A stretch of DNA of 64,000 nucleotides, taken from assembly GCA_963716815.1 (NCBI GenBank), contig CAVQUM010000021.1, forward strand, positions 3,299 to 67,298, written 5' to 3'. Shown here one piece after another: positions 36,382 through 46,443 of this stretch. The translations under genes were made by a program, and so were the position numbers. The stretch is from an uncultured Chloroflexia bacterium. GTDB lineage: Bacteria > Chloroflexota > Limnocylindria > Limnocylindrales > CSP1-4. The notes under the pieces are model-generated. The model was given only the letters and a program-made list of their open reading frames with translations. It was not told where the DNA came from and ran no database searches. Positions within the stretch are counted from its first letter, which is position 1, and each line of letters starts with the position of its first letter.

Positions 36382-38042
36382 GCGAGGTTCGACGCCTGCT
36401 GCGCTTGGCCCTGCCGCACTGGACGTGGCTGGCTGCCGGAGCGCTCCTCGGCGTCATCGCGGTCGGCTCCAACGTGGCGCTCATGGGCCTTTCCGCCTAC
36501 CTCATCTCCAAGGCGGCCATCGCCACGGGCGTGGCCGAGCTGGCCCTGGCGGTGACCGGCGTGCGCGTGCTGGCCATCTCGCGTGCCGGCTTCCGCTACC
36601 TCGAGCGCTACACCACGCACCGGGCCATGTTCCACGTGCTCTCCACGATGCGCGTCTGGTTCTACCGAGCCGTTGAGCCGCTGGCGCCCGCGCGCCTCGT
36701 GCACCAGCGCAGCGGCGACCTGCTGACCCGTTCGGTCCACGACGTCGACGCACTGGAGGACTTCTACATCAAGGTGCTGGTGCCGCCGGTCGTGGCCGCG
36801 GTGGTGGTCGCGAGCGTGAGCCTCATCTACGGCCTCTTCGACCTCGCCATCGGCCTCGCGACGGCGTTCTTCCTGGTGCTCACCGGCGTGGTCCTGCCGC
36901 TGGTCTCACGCTGGCTCTCAAGAGCGCCCGCAGCTGCCGCGGCCACACTGCGCGGCGATGTGGGGGCCATGCTCGTCGACGAGGTCGGGGGCGTGGCCGA
37001 TCTGGTCGCGCTCGACGCCGCCGCGGCCCACCGTCGCCGGCTGCTGTCACGCGCGGCGGAGCTCGACGCCGCGCGTGGTCGGCTGGGCCTCATCGAGGGC
37101 GTGTCCAACGCGCTCGCGGGGCTGTTCGCCTCACTCGCGGGGTTGGTCATCCTGGTCCTGGCGATGCCGCTGGTGACCACGGGGGAGTTGGAGGGCGTGT
37201 TCCTCGCAGCCCTGCCGCTGGCCGCCATCGCGGCCTTCGAGGCAGTCCAGCCGTTGTCGCGCTCACTGCAGCTGTACGACACGACCAAGGTCTCCGCGCG
37301 ACGACTGTTCGAGCTCATCGACGAGGAGCCGCCGGTGATCGATCCCCGGCCCGCCGCCGCGCCACCCTCCGAGCACGACCTGGTCGTGTCGGGGCTCTCG
37401 TTCCGGTTCGCCCAGGAGGAACCCTGGGTGCTGCACGACTTCGACCTGCAGGTCGGGGCAGGCGAGCGCGTGGCGCTGGTGGGGCCGTCCGGCTGCGGCA
37501 AGTCCACGCTGGTCGCACTGCTGCTGCGATTCTGGGACTACGACACCGGCCAGGTCCGGATCGGTGGGCGGGAGCTGCGCGATCTGACGCAGGAGGACGC
37601 ACGCTCGCTACTCTCGGTCGTGCCACAGGACGTGCATCTGTTCAACGCCACGATCGAGGACAACCTGCTGGTGGCCGACGCGCACGCCACGGGCGAGGAC
37701 CTCGACCGCGCCTGTGCCGTGGCCCAGCTGGATGCGTTCATCGCTTCGCTACCCGATGGCTATGACACGGTCGTGGGCGAGGACGGCGCCCTGCTCTCAG
37801 GCGGCGAACGGCGCCGATTGGCGATCGCGCGGGCGGTGCTCAAGGACGCTCCGGTCGTGATCCTCGACGAGGCCACCGCCGACCTCGACACCACCACCGA
37901 GGCGGCTTTGTGGTCGGCGTTGGACCCGTGGCTACGCGGTCGGACGGCCTTGGTCATCTCGCACCGCACCACCGTCAGCGCCCACGTCGATCGCGTGGTC
38001 GAACTGGTGACGGCGCCGCCTCTGACCAGCCGGCAGAGGTGA
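36378..38042 (+). CDS. cydC: Thiol reductant ABC exporter subunit CydC
   Basis: Overlaps the cydD stop. TM domain plus ABC domain (GPSGCGKST, LSGGERRRLAIARA, ILDEAT). Intact. Confidence 0.8.
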   Translation: MSEVRRLLRLALPHWTWLAAGALLGVIAVGSNVALMGLSAYLISKAAIATGVAELALAVTGVRVLAISRAGFRYLERYTTHRAMFHVLSTMRVWFYRAVEPLAPARLVHQRSGDLLTRSVHDVDALEDFYIKVLVPPVVAAVVVASVSLIYGLFDLAIGLATAFFLVLTGVVLPLVSRWLSRAPAAAAATLRGDVGAMLVDEVGGVADLVALDAAAAHRRRLLSRAAELDAARGRLGLIEGVSNALAGLFASLAGLVILVLAMPLVTTGELEGVFLAALPLAAIAAFEAVQPLSRSLQLYDTTKVSARRLFELIDEEPPVIDPRPAAAPPSEHDLVVSGLSFRFAQEEPWVLHDFDLQVGAGERVALVGPSGCGKSTLVALLLRFWDYDTGQVRIGGRELRDLTQEDARSLLSVVPQDVHLFNATIEDNLLVADAHATGEDLDRACAVAQLDAFIASLPDGYDTVVGEDGALLSGGERRRLAIARAVLKDAPVVILDEATADLDTTTEAALWSALDPWLRGRTALVISHRTTVSAHVDRVVELVTAPPLTSRQR

Positions 38043-38151
38043 CCGGCGGCACTTGCGCGTCGTGGCAGAGCGCTCGATAGTCGGCCTGCGCGGTTCGGGG
38101 ACTGCGCGTCTGGCGTCGTCCCGACGATCGCGCCCAACAGGGAGGCAGCGC

Positions 38152-39442
38152 ATGCGCCTGAGAAGACTGGGTCCTTTGTTCACGCAAGGCATCGCCGCGA
38201 TGGTGGCGGCAGCGCTGGTGCTGCCCGCCACGACCATGGGCCAGGAGACCGAGGCAACGGTCGCGCCCATGCAGACGGCAGAGATGCGGTTCCTCGCCGG
38301 GAACCAGTTCGGACCCACCGACATGCTCATCGACGGTGAACCGGTCTACGAGGACCTCACGCCCAGTGCCATCACCGACTACGTCGACGTACCCGTCGGC
38401 GAGCACGTGCTCGCAGCCGACGGCTTCCAGAGTGCGGAACGGCCGCTCACGCTCAAGCCTGACGGCAGGTACACCGCGGTCCTGGTCCCGAACGAGGACG
38501 GCATCGAGATCGCCGTCGTGGCGGACAAGCCCAAGCCCAAGGCCGGCCAGGCGCAGGCGCGCGTGGTCTCGCTCTGCCCGGGGTGCCGGTCCATCCTCTA
38601 CGACGCGGCTCGCGAGAAGAGACCGCTGGCCAAGAACCTGGACTACGCCAAGGGCAAGCTGGCGGGCGCGTACGTGAAGGTGAAGCCGGGTGAGCTGCAG
38701 CTGCTGGCTCGCGAGAAGGGCGCTGATGTCCCGCTGGCGGACTTCGGGCCGGTGACGCTCGCACCCGGCACCAGCAACTCGCTCTTCGTCGTCGGCCAGG
38801 ACGCCGCTGGCGTCAAGCTCGTGTCGAGCGTGGACGCGGCGCATCTCGAGTGCCCGCTTCATGAATGCCTCGCGCGAGCCCTCTGTCGTGGACGTGTACG
38901 TCGACGGCAAGAAGGTCGCCAAGCGGATCTTCCCTGGACAGGCCGCCGCAAAGCCGGTCGAACTGCTCGCCGGCGACCACTTCGTGCAGGTGGTCGAGAC
39001 CGGCAAGAAGCCGTCCGCCGGCGCTCTCGTCGAAGGCACGGTCGAGTTTCCCCGCGGCGCAGTTGGCGTCGAGGCCGTGGCCGGCGAGTCGCTTGAAGCG
39101 GTGAACGTGCCCACGAGCACTGCGCCCAAGCCCAAGGTCTCGCAGATCCGCTTCGCGCACATCGACCCGGAGATCCCCGCGGTCGATATCGACCTGCGCG
39201 GCATGGAGCCGATCGTGGGCCTTGAGGCCGGGGAGTGGACCGACTACATGACGGTGCCGGGCAACTCGTCCTATGTCTGGATCCGGCCGTCCGATCGACC
39301 GCAGGACATCTATCACGAGTTCCCGCTCGATCTTGGTCCAGGAGAGAACCTGACTGGCTACCTCGCCGGATCACCGGACATCCCCACCGTCGAGGTCGTC
39401 ATCGTCAGCGATCCCGTCGCCAAGGCCAAGAAGAAGAAGTAG
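38152..39442 (+). pseudogene. Secreted DUF4397 repeat protein, one frameshift
   Basis: GGGAGG upstream of the ATG at 38152, with signal peptide MRLRRLGPLFTQGIAAMVAAALVLPATTMG. There are three DUF4397-like units (MRFLAGN..., ARFMNASREPSVVDVYVDG, IRFAHIDPEIPAVDIDL). The frame join is at about 38848. Confidence 0.65.
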
Positions 39443-39461
39443 CGCACGACCGCATCCGGCC

Positions 39462-39490
39462 GGAGCTGGCACGTGGACTGTGCCGGCTCC
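39462..39490. terminator. Hairpin downstream of the DUF4397 gene
   Basis: ggagctggcac-gtggact-gtgccggctcc forms an 11-bp stem with one G-U pair, 20 nt after the stop. Confidence 0.45.
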
Positions 39491-39711
39491 ACCGGCTCCA
39501 CCGGTGGACACAGGGCGTACGTCGTCAGCGCGCGATCACACCGGGACCGCCAGCTCACCCTCCCGCGTGGCCGCTCGAATCACAAGATTCCACACCCGTG
39601 CTAACGTGCAGTCCGCTGCAAGTCGCAGCCCGCCCGCGTGGTCACACCTTTTTGTCTCGAACGGACCGTGCGCTCTGAGTCAAAGGTTCGGGATCCCCAA
39701 GGAGGGCCCTC

Positions 39712-39915
39712 ATGGCCACCGGTACCGTCAAGAAGCTTGTTTCCGATCGTGGGTTCGGTTTCATCGGCACGGACGACGAGAAGGAATACTTCTTCCATCG
39801 CAACGAGCTCGAGAACCCGAGCGACTTCGACCGCCTCGTCGGCGGCGAGAAGGTCGAGTTCGAGATCGGGCAGAGCCCCAAGGGCCCGCAGGCCCAGCGC
39901 GTTCGCCTGAGCTGA
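39712..39915 (+). CDS. csp: Cold-shock domain protein (CspA family)
   Basis: 67 aa, MATGTVKKLVSDRGFGFIGTDDEKEYFFHRNEL, with RNP1 (GFGFI) and RNP2 (FFH) motifs. AAGGAGGG lies upstream, and the upstream untranslated region is about 220 nt. Confidence 0.9.
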   Translation: MATGTVKKLVSDRGFGFIGTDDEKEYFFHRNELENPSDFDRLVGGEKVEFEIGQSPKGPQAQRVRLS

Positions 39916-39953
39916 CCTGAGCGGCGCGGATCACGCGCCGACCAGATACGCGA

Positions 39954-39983
39954 AGAGGCCGGTCCCGCCAGGGGCCGGCCTCT
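39954..39983. terminator. Strong GC hairpin after the csp gene
   Basis: agaggccggtccc-gcca-ggggccggcctct forms a 13-bp stem with one G-U pair, 39 nt after the stop. Confidence 0.55.
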
Positions 39984-40082
39984 GGCGTTCCCGCCAGGGG
40001 GACACCGGCGGCGGCCTCCGCTTCGGCTCCTCGTTGCGCTCGCCGTTCCCGCGCCGCGGCGATCTCGACTCGCGCCGAGTGA

Positions 40083-40723
40083 TCAGGACCGGCCGCGGTC
40101 CGTCGCCTCGACCCGATCCTTGATGGTTTGCCGCATCTTCTGTTCCATGGCGGAGGTCCCGGGCTCCACCAGCAGGTTCATGAAGAACATCGCCACTGAT
40201 CGCTCGAACCGCGACCGCCAGCGGTTGACGAGGCGCGTGGTGCCGTCACCGGTGGGGTAGAGCGCGAGACACCACGATGCCGATCCGTCCTCAAGCAGAC
40301 TCACGGTCGAGTGCGGCTGGTCGATCGCCATCACCTCGAAGCCCATGCTCGGCATCGTCAGGATGCGGTCGCCCACGCCCAACTGCTGTAGCTCGGGCAC
40401 GATGCGGTCCGCACTGGGCTTGAAGTCGTCGTCGATCCAGTCGAAGCTGTACCAGCCGGCGCGCCCGTAGCCGAGCTGCACGAGCCAGGCCCAGATGGCC
40501 TCCGGCCGCGCCCTGATGATGATGGCGCGCGTGGCCGACTCGGACCCCGGCAGCAGGTCGTCGCCGGGCATCGACCTCGTCAGCTCCTCGTCCGTCGCAC
40601 CCCAGTCCAGATGACAGGGCCGAATGCGATCCGGAGCTGACAGCCACGACGGCGACGACTCCCAGCGCCAGGAGTGTCCCGCGACCGCGGCAGGGCCGAG
40701 CTCATGACGATGAGTCCGATCAT
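40083..40723 (-). CDS. SRPBCC (START/polyketide-cyclase-like) family protein; N-terminal anchor region apparently frameshifted
   Basis: The intact ORF 40083..40571 reads RARPEAIWAWLVQLGYGRAGWYSFDWID. In-frame upstream sequence DRIRPCHLDWGATDEELTRSMPGDD matches the usual family N-terminus. The TM segment (LLALGVVAVVAV) and the ATG at 40723 (MIGLIVMSS) lie in other frames. Confidence 0.65.
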
Positions 40724-40761
40724 CAGCCAGTCACAACGTCTCCCGCGCTTGCCAGAGCCGC

Positions 40762-40793
40762 TATACTACCACTGGTAATGACCACTGGTAATG
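40762..40793 (+). promoter_or_regulatory. -10-like TATACT plus a tandem 13-bp repeat (ACCACTGGTAATG x2), each containing the palindrome ACCANTGGT
   Basis: TATACT at 40762-40767. The repeats are at 40768-40780 and 40781-40793. The TetR ATG (40778) is the end of copy 1, so the transcript is probably leaderless or short-leadered and the operator overlaps its start. Confidence 0.5.
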
Positions 40794-41482
40794 CAGCGAG
40801 CGACCCCGCTCGCTCGGGTGCCGCCACCGAGCAGCGCTTCGTCGAGGCCACCCTCGAGCTCATCGCCGAGGAGGGCGGTTCGCGCGGAGTGAACCTGCGT
40901 GCGGTCTCGCGGCGCGTCGGCTGCGCCCACACCAACGTCTACAACTACTTCGGCAGCTACGGTGACCTGCTCTGGGCCGCCTTCCGCCGGGCGCTCGACG
41001 TCTACGGCGAGCACCTGACGCGAGGGCTCGACGCCGCCATGGCTCCCGACGCATACCTGCGACGCACCATCGAGAACCTCGCTGCGTTCCCGCAGGAGAA
41101 CCCCGGGCTGTACCGCTTCATCGGCTCCGATCCCATCGACCTCGAGACCATCCCCTCCCATGTCATGGACATGGTCACTGGCATGAAGCGATGGTTCGCA
41201 GCCGTGGTGGAGGCTGCCGCGGGGCCAGGGTCCGATGCGGACGAAGCTCGGGAGGCAGCCGACATCATGCTGGCCTACATCGACGGCGAGACGCTCAACC
41301 TCATCAACGGCCGGGCCGTCGCTGACGAGGATCTCGGCGGCCGGGTGGTCACCAACGCCCTGCGGCTGTTCGAGCTACTGGTGGGTGACCAGGCCAGGGC
41401 AGGGGGGCCATCGGACCGCCGCCCAAGCCGGCCACCCGCGCCCGACTCGATCTTCGGCGTCGTGGAGGATGCCGCCAGCTAG
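40778..41482 (+). CDS. TetR/AcrR family transcriptional regulator
   Basis: The N-terminal HTH region is RFVEATLELIAEEGGSRGVNLRAVSRRVGCAHTNVYNYFGSYGDLL. Confidence 0.85.
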   Translation: MTTGNAASDPARSGAATEQRFVEATLELIAEEGGSRGVNLRAVSRRVGCAHTNVYNYFGSYGDLLWAAFRRALDVYGEHLTRGLDAAMAPDAYLRRTIENLAAFPQENPGLYRFIGSDPIDLETIPSHVMDMVTGMKRWFAAVVEAAAGPGSDADEAREAADIMLAYIDGETLNLINGRAVADEDLGGRVVTNALRLFELLVGDQARAGGPSDRRPSRPPAPDSIFGVVEDAAS

Positions 41483-41491
41483 GGGGTCGCC

Positions 41492-41920
41492 ATGGAACTA
41501 CTCTGGGGCATCGTCATCATCGGGCTGGGCCTGCTGGCCTGGGGCGGGCAGGCGATCTCGTGGCTCGCACCGGCGACCGCCGTCAGGTTGAGCCTGGCCG
41601 ATGCGGAGGGCAGCGTCGATGCCGTCTTCTGGGCCGATGGTCGCGGCGAGGCGACGTGGGACGCTGTTTCGCTGTGGACGCTGCCGCTGGCGGGTGTGCT
41701 GCTCCTCGCCGGCCACGAAGCCTGGGCCTGGTTCGGGCTCCTCGGCGGTGGCATGTACGTCTACTTCGCCGGTCGCGGGATCGTCACTCGCGTGGAGTTG
41801 CAGCGGCGTGGTCACCGCATCGGTGAGCCGGCGGTCGTCCGGCTGGGCCTGGCGGCGCTCGCAGTCTGGGGTGTAGCCGGATCCATCACGGCCATCGCCG
41901 CCGGCGTCGCGCTGGCCTGA
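41492..41920 (+). CDS. Integral membrane protein, unknown function (4 predicted TM)
   Basis: 142-aa hydrophobic ORF 10 nt after the TetR stop, with good codon bias. No family recognised. Confidence 0.55.
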   Translation: MELLWGIVIIGLGLLAWGGQAISWLAPATAVRLSLADAEGSVDAVFWADGRGEATWDAVSLWTLPLAGVLLLAGHEAWAWFGLLGGGMYVYFAGRGIVTRVELQRRGHRIGEPAVVRLGLAALAVWGVAGSITAIAAGVALA

Positions 41921-41947
41921 CAAGGCACACAGCAGGGGAGAGCTGAC

Positions 41948-42388
41948 ATGGACGTGACGCTCGGGACCTGGGTCGTGGCCGCCGTCGGCCTCGTCCTCAT
42001 CGGGCTGCTGGGGCTGCTGCAGCTGGCCGCCGTGCTGCGGCCGCGGGCGCCGTGGACGGTCAAGACGGTCTACGGCGGCGACCCCGGTTCGACCGACCCG
42101 ACCGCCTACTTCGCCTTCAACCAGGGCCTCGCCTGGGCCGACGTCCTGGTCTGGGCACCACTGCAGGTCGCTGGCTCCATCGGCATGCTGCTGGGCCAGG
42201 AGTGGGGTTTCCTGCTCGCGCTCGCGGCATCGGTCCCGTACGTCTACACGGCGATTCCCATCTTCGTCTGGGATCGCGACCTCGGCTTCCGCGGGCAGGG
42301 CTTCACCTACTGGGTCGTGATCTGGGCGATGTGGCCCGCCTTCGGTGTGCTCCAGGGGGTCTACGTGCTGGTGCGGATGCTCGGGTAG
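41948..42388 (+). CDS. Integral membrane protein, unknown function (4 predicted TM)
   Basis: 146-aa hydrophobic ORF in the same apparent operon. No family recognised. Confidence 0.55.
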   Translation: MDVTLGTWVVAAVGLVLIGLLGLLQLAAVLRPRAPWTVKTVYGGDPGSTDPTAYFAFNQGLAWADVLVWAPLQVAGSIGMLLGQEWGFLLALAASVPYVYTAIPIFVWDRDLGFRGQGFTYWVVIWAMWPAFGVLQGVYVLVRMLG

Positions 42389-42391
42389 CGG

Positions 42392-43207
42392 CTAGAGCAG
42401 CCAGGCGCCGAGCGCGGTCGCACCGACCACGGCGAAGCCCAGGACCATCTGGCGCACACCGAGGGTCTTGGCTGGTCGTGGCGGGCGGGCGAGCGTGATG
42501 CGCTGGATGACGACGAGCCCGACGATGGCCAGGGCTCCGACGACGAGCGCTGGCTCCAGCATGACCGCCACGAGGGCGGTGGCCAGCGCAGCGACGTCGC
42601 CGATGAGCGTGGGTGCTGCGGGTACGTCGCGGCCATGGATGCGCAGCACCTGGGCGCGGACGTGCGGGATCGAGGAGAGCACGCGTGCGGCGAGGACGAG
42701 CCACGCTCCCATCGCCAGCGGCCAGTCGGCACCGCCTGTGAGCGCGCCCATGGCGGCCACGCTGGCGAGAGCCACTGAGCCCACGATCTGCGGCACCAGG
42801 TGCCGGCTCAGGGAGCGCGCGTCGAACCACAGCGCCATCGCGAAGAGGGGCAGCGCCACCGCCGCGGGCACCCACCACATCGGCTCCACCGCCAGCCAGC
42901 CGGTGATGAGCAACGAGAGCGTGATCGCCGCCATCTCGACGGCGGCGACACGCGTGGCCAGGCGTGCCCGTTCGCGGCCGAACGACGTGCTGGGTCGGTC
43001 GGCCGCGCGATGACGCCCGATGAGCACCAGCCGCAGCGGGGTCCGCGCGAGGAATGCGAGCAGCGCCGCGAGCCCCAGCAGCAGACCCGCGAGGCTCGGT
43101 GCCAGCAGCACGCCCAGGAGCCCAGGCTCCAGGGTCAGGCCCCAGCCGCCGTGCTCGGTCGGCAGCGCCACCGAGCGCAGGGTCGGACGGCGTGCGCGTG
43201 CGGACAT
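42392..43207 (-). CDS. YwiC-like polytopic membrane protein
   Basis: The N-terminal PTEHGGWGLTLEP resembles the YwiC-like family signature, and there are about 8 hydrophobic segments. The family call is from memory. Confidence 0.5.
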   Translation of the reverse strand: MSARARRPTLRSVALPTEHGGWGLTLEPGLLGVLLAPSLAGLLLGLAALLAFLARTPLRLVLIGRHRAADRPSTSFGRERARLATRVAAVEMAAITLSLLITGWLAVEPMWWVPAAVALPLFAMALWFDARSLSRHLVPQIVGSVALASVAAMGALTGGADWPLAMGAWLVLAARVLSSIPHVRAQVLRIHGRDVPAAPTLIGDVAALATALVAVMLEPALVVGALAIVGLVVIQRITLARPPRPAKTLGVRQMVLGFAVVGATALGAWLL

Positions 43208-43217
43208 CTCCAGCGGC

Positions 43218-43628
43218 CTAGGCTGAGAGTGCCTCCGCCACCTGCGCCAGCCGGGCGTGGGCGTCGTCGGCCACCGCCTTGAGCTCGACGATGTCGATGT
43301 CGCCGAGCATGCCGATGGGGTCTACGACCGAGACGGTACTGCCCGCGCTGTCCAGGTCCTCGTAGACGATCACGTTGCAGGGCAACAGCAACCCGACCAG
43401 TGGCTCGGCGCTCAGCGCCCGGATGGCGAGGCGTGGATCGCAGGCGCCGAGGATGGCGTACTTGCGGAAGTCGCGGTCGAGCTTGGCCTTGAACGTCTGG
43501 CGCATGTCGATCTCGGTGATGACGCCGAAGCCCTGATCCTTGAGGGCAGCCTCGGTGCGCTCACGTGCCTGCTCATAGGGCACATCCAAATGGACGGTGA
43601 AGGCGTATTCGCCCAGTGTGTCGGTCAT
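43218..43628 (-). CDS. DUF302 domain-containing protein
   Basis: 136 aa. Reads FGVITEIDMRQTFKAKLDRDFRKYAILGACDPRLAIRAL...LLPCNVIVYE. Confidence 0.8.
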   Translation of the reverse strand: MTDTLGEYAFTVHLDVPYEQARERTEAALKDQGFGVITEIDMRQTFKAKLDRDFRKYAILGACDPRLAIRALSAEPLVGLLLPCNVIVYEDLDSAGSTVSVVDPIGMLGDIDIVELKAVADDAHARLAQVAEALSA

Positions 43629-43814
43629 CGCCCGAGGATAGCCGCCTCCTTGTCGTCTGGTTGAGGCGCATGGCTACGACGACTGCGCGAAGCAGCGCTC
43701 GAGCTTCGTGCGCGTGGCGACGGTCCCGGACGGCTCGTGCATCTCCACACCTGAGTTCATGTGCCCATGGCCCTCGAACGCAATCGAGACTGAATCTCGT
43801 TACGATGGTCGGAG

Positions 43815-44249
43815 ATGACCCCCTCCGACCCCCTCGTCGACGCGCTCGCGGCAGCCGGCTACCGGCTCACCGAGCCTCGTCGCGTCGTGGCCGAGCTCGT
43901 CGCCGCACGCTCGCGCCACTTCACGGCCAATGACCTCATCGCCGACGCGCAGGCGCAGGACCTGGACGTCGGCCGGGCCACGATCTTCCGCGCGCTCGAT
44001 CTCTTCACCGAGCTCGAGGTGCTCGAACGCGTCGACCTGCCCAACGGCGATCACGCCTACGTGCCGTGCCTGCCGACCCACCACCATCACCACGTCATCT
44101 GCCAACGCTGCGGCAAGGTGACCGAGGTCGAGGACCTGGGCCTCGGCCAAGCGCTCGCAGCCATGGAGCACTCCTCGGGCTGGCGCGTGGAACGGCATCG
44201 CCTCGAGCTCTTCGGCTGCTGCCCCCGTTGCCAGGAGCTGGAGCGATGA
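43815..44249 (+). CDS. Fur-family metalloregulator (Fur, Zur or PerR not distinguishable)
   Basis: Winged helix (RLTEPRRVVAELV...), a His run HHHHHVICQRCG, and a second CxxC (CCPRC). Confidence 0.85.
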   Translation: MTPSDPLVDALAAAGYRLTEPRRVVAELVAARSRHFTANDLIADAQAQDLDVGRATIFRALDLFTELEVLERVDLPNGDHAYVPCLPTHHHHHVICQRCGKVTEVEDLGLGQALAAMEHSSGWRVERHRLELFGCCPRCQELER

Positions 44250-44867
44250 CGGCGCCGCTCGATCCGGTCGCACGCTGGGACGAGCGCTACGCCGGGCGCG
44301 ACTACCTCTGGGACGTCGGCCCCAACCAGTTCGTGGAGCACCATCTCGCCGACGTCACGCCGGGCACGGCCATCGACCTGGCCGCGGGGGAGGGACGCAA
44401 CGCCGTCTGGCTCGCTCGCCGGGGATGGGCCGTGGCTGCGGTCGACTTCTCGCAGGCCGGACTGGACAAGGCGGCCCGGCTGGCCGCGGACCACGGCGTG
44501 GCCGAGGCGGTGACGACCATCCGGGCCGACGCGCTCACGTGGGAGCCGGCCGAACCGGTCGACCTCGTCGTCATCGCCTACCTCCAGCTGCCCGTCGAGC
44601 AGGTCCGGGTCGCGCTGGAGCATGCCGCCAGCTGGCTGCGTCCCGGCGGTCGCCTGTTGGTCGTGGCCCATGATCGCACCAACATCGAGCACGGTTACGG
44701 CGGACCCTCCGATCGGGACTCACTGCTACGACCTCGACGAGACGCTCGACGCGCTCGCCGCCCTGGAGATCGAGACGGCCGAAGTCGTGCGACGGCACGT
44801 GGACACCGAAGCGGGACCGCGCACGGCGCTCGATACGCTCGTGATCGCGAGACAGCCGGCTCCGTAG
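44246..44867 (+). pseudogene. Class I SAM-dependent methyltransferase, one frameshift
   Basis: ATGA overlap with the Fur-family gene. Motif I is AIDLAAGEGRNAVWLARRGWAVAAVDFS. The C-terminal YDLDETLDALAALEIETAEVVRRHV lies in ORF 44622..44867, joined at about 44726. Confidence 0.7.
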
Positions 44868-44903
44868 GAGCTCGACCGGTCGAGCGAGGCCCGGCCGGTC
44901 GAG

Positions 44904-45812
44904 CTAGGCAGCCAGGACCTGCGGCTGCACCCGCTCCCTGCCCGGGGCCTGTTCGTCGATGCCCTGCAGTGCCCGCGCGCCGATGAGCACGCTGGCGAGG
45001 GCCACGAGGACGAAGACGATCAGCGGCGGTACCAACAGTTCGTCGGTGACCTGCCATTCCACGATGAGCATGGCCGCGATCGCCAGTGCCATCGAGGCAC
45101 CCTTGACCAGCAGCAGCATGCCCAGCAGGTAGCCCACCGGGGCTCGCTTCCAGACCGCGATGGCGGTGAAGAGCGCCAGTGGCAGGAGCAGGCCCAGGTC
45201 GAAGGCGGGAACGACCAGCGTGGAGGCGCCCTCGAGCTCATCAGTGACCTCTCCGCCCAGCGTGCCGCCGATGACCGGCAGCCACAGGCCGAGCAGGACG
45301 ATCACGATGAAGGCGGCGTATCCGACGACGGCTCGTCGCGGGAAGCGCTCGTCGATGCAGGTCGCGAGCCTCTCCAGATCGAGCCCGTAGATGAGCAGGG
45401 CCAGCGCGGAGACGCTCAGGGCCAGCACCGCGACGTAGAGCGGATACAGCGGTCCATAGGCCCAGAAGACGGCGTACTCGGCCGACTGATAGACGAAGTA
45501 GGCCAACAGGCCGGCGCTCACGAGGGCGGCCCGAAGCGAGCCCCGCCAGAGCAGGGCGAGGGCCACGAAGGTCGCGGGCACGACCACGAGGAGTGTGACG
45601 AAGTCCCAGCCCACGCCCTCCGCCACGATGCCTTCCGAGTTGTAGCGATAGACGCCGTCGGTCACGACCTGGACGACCTCTCCGCGCACGGTCACGAACT
45701 CCTTGGTCGCGAGGTCACCCCGCAGGAAGACACCCGCTGCACTGGCCAGCCCCGCGAGTCCGGCCGCGATGCCGCCGAGCAGCACCACGACCCTGGCCAT
45801 CGTCCCATCCAT
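44904..45812 (-). CDS. Polytopic membrane protein, unknown function
   Basis: 302 aa read from the ATG at 45812 (MDGTMARVVVLLGGIAAGLAG), with about 8 hydrophobic segments. It lies downstream of a TetR gene. The upstream part of the listed ORF is Arg/Pro-rich. Confidence 0.55.
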   Translation of the reverse strand: MDGTMARVVVLLGGIAAGLAGLASAAGVFLRGDLATKEFVTVRGEVVQVVTDGVYRYNSEGIVAEGVGWDFVTLLVVVPATFVALALLWRGSLRAALVSAGLLAYFVYQSAEYAVFWAYGPLYPLYVAVLALSVSALALLIYGLDLERLATCIDERFPRRAVVGYAAFIVIVLLGLWLPVIGGTLGGEVTDELEGASTLVVPAFDLGLLLPLALFTAIAVWKRAPVGYLLGMLLLVKGASMALAIAAMLIVEWQVTDELLVPPLIVFVLVALASVLIGARALQGIDEQAPGRERVQPQVLAA

Positions 45813-45832
45813 CTCGATACCCCCTGTCTGTC

Positions 45833-46441
45833 TCAGTCTCTTTCTGGCCCGATGCCGGACCAGAGCAGTCGCGTCTGTCGTTGCGCCATGTCTTCGATCT
45901 CGTCGCCGGACGGGCCCGGAGCACCCACGGCCATCCGCCCCATCACGAGCGTGGAGGTCAGGCTGAAGAAGGCTTCGGCCAGCAGGGCCGCCGGGAGGTC
46001 GGTCCGGAGCTCCAGACGGTCCTGGGCGCGCTCGAGCCACGCGGTCAGTCGGGCGAGGTTGGAGCCGGAGACCTCACCCATGGCTTCGCCCAGCTCGGGC
46101 ACCGCGCGCGCGTCGAAGGAGAGCCGCAGCACCAGGCCGCCACTCGCCACGGCCGCCTCGATCTCGATGGCGGCGAGGTTCCGCAGCGTCGTCTGGAGGT
46201 CACCCGGGACGACGGCCTCAGCCGGCGGGTACGCCCGCTCGGATGTGTCGAGCGTGGCACCGAGTGCGCGCACGATCCCCAGCTTGCTCTCGAAGTGGCG
46301 GAAGAGCGTGACCTCGTTGACGCCGGCCTGGACCGCGATGGCGCTGGTCGTCGTGCCTACGTAGCCGCGCTCGGCGAACAGCTCCGCCGCCGCCTCCAGG
46401 ATGCGCGCCCTGGTCTCTTCCCTGGCCATCTGACGCCTCAT
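45833..46441 (-). CDS. TetR/AcrR family transcriptional regulator
   Basis: The HTH region is RARILEAAAELFAERGYVGTTTSAIAVQAGVNEVTLFRHFESKLGI. The start is ATG 46441 or TTG 46450. Confidence 0.85.
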   Translation of the reverse strand: MRRQMAREETRARILEAAAELFAERGYVGTTTSAIAVQAGVNEVTLFRHFESKLGIVRALGATLDTSERAYPPAEAVVPGDLQTTLRNLAAIEIEAAVASGGLVLRLSFDARAVPELGEAMGEVSGSNLARLTAWLERAQDRLELRTDLPAALLAEAFFSLTSTLVMGRMAVGAPGPSGDEIEDMAQRQTRLLWSGIGPERD

Positions 46442-46443
46442 GG

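Noticed and set aside
43780-43800. Inverted repeat CGAGA-N5-TCTCG about 20 nt upstream of the Fur-family gene, considered as an autoregulatory box
   Set aside because: The arms are only 5 bp and there is no resemblance to known Fur, Zur or PerR boxes. It could easily arise by chance.
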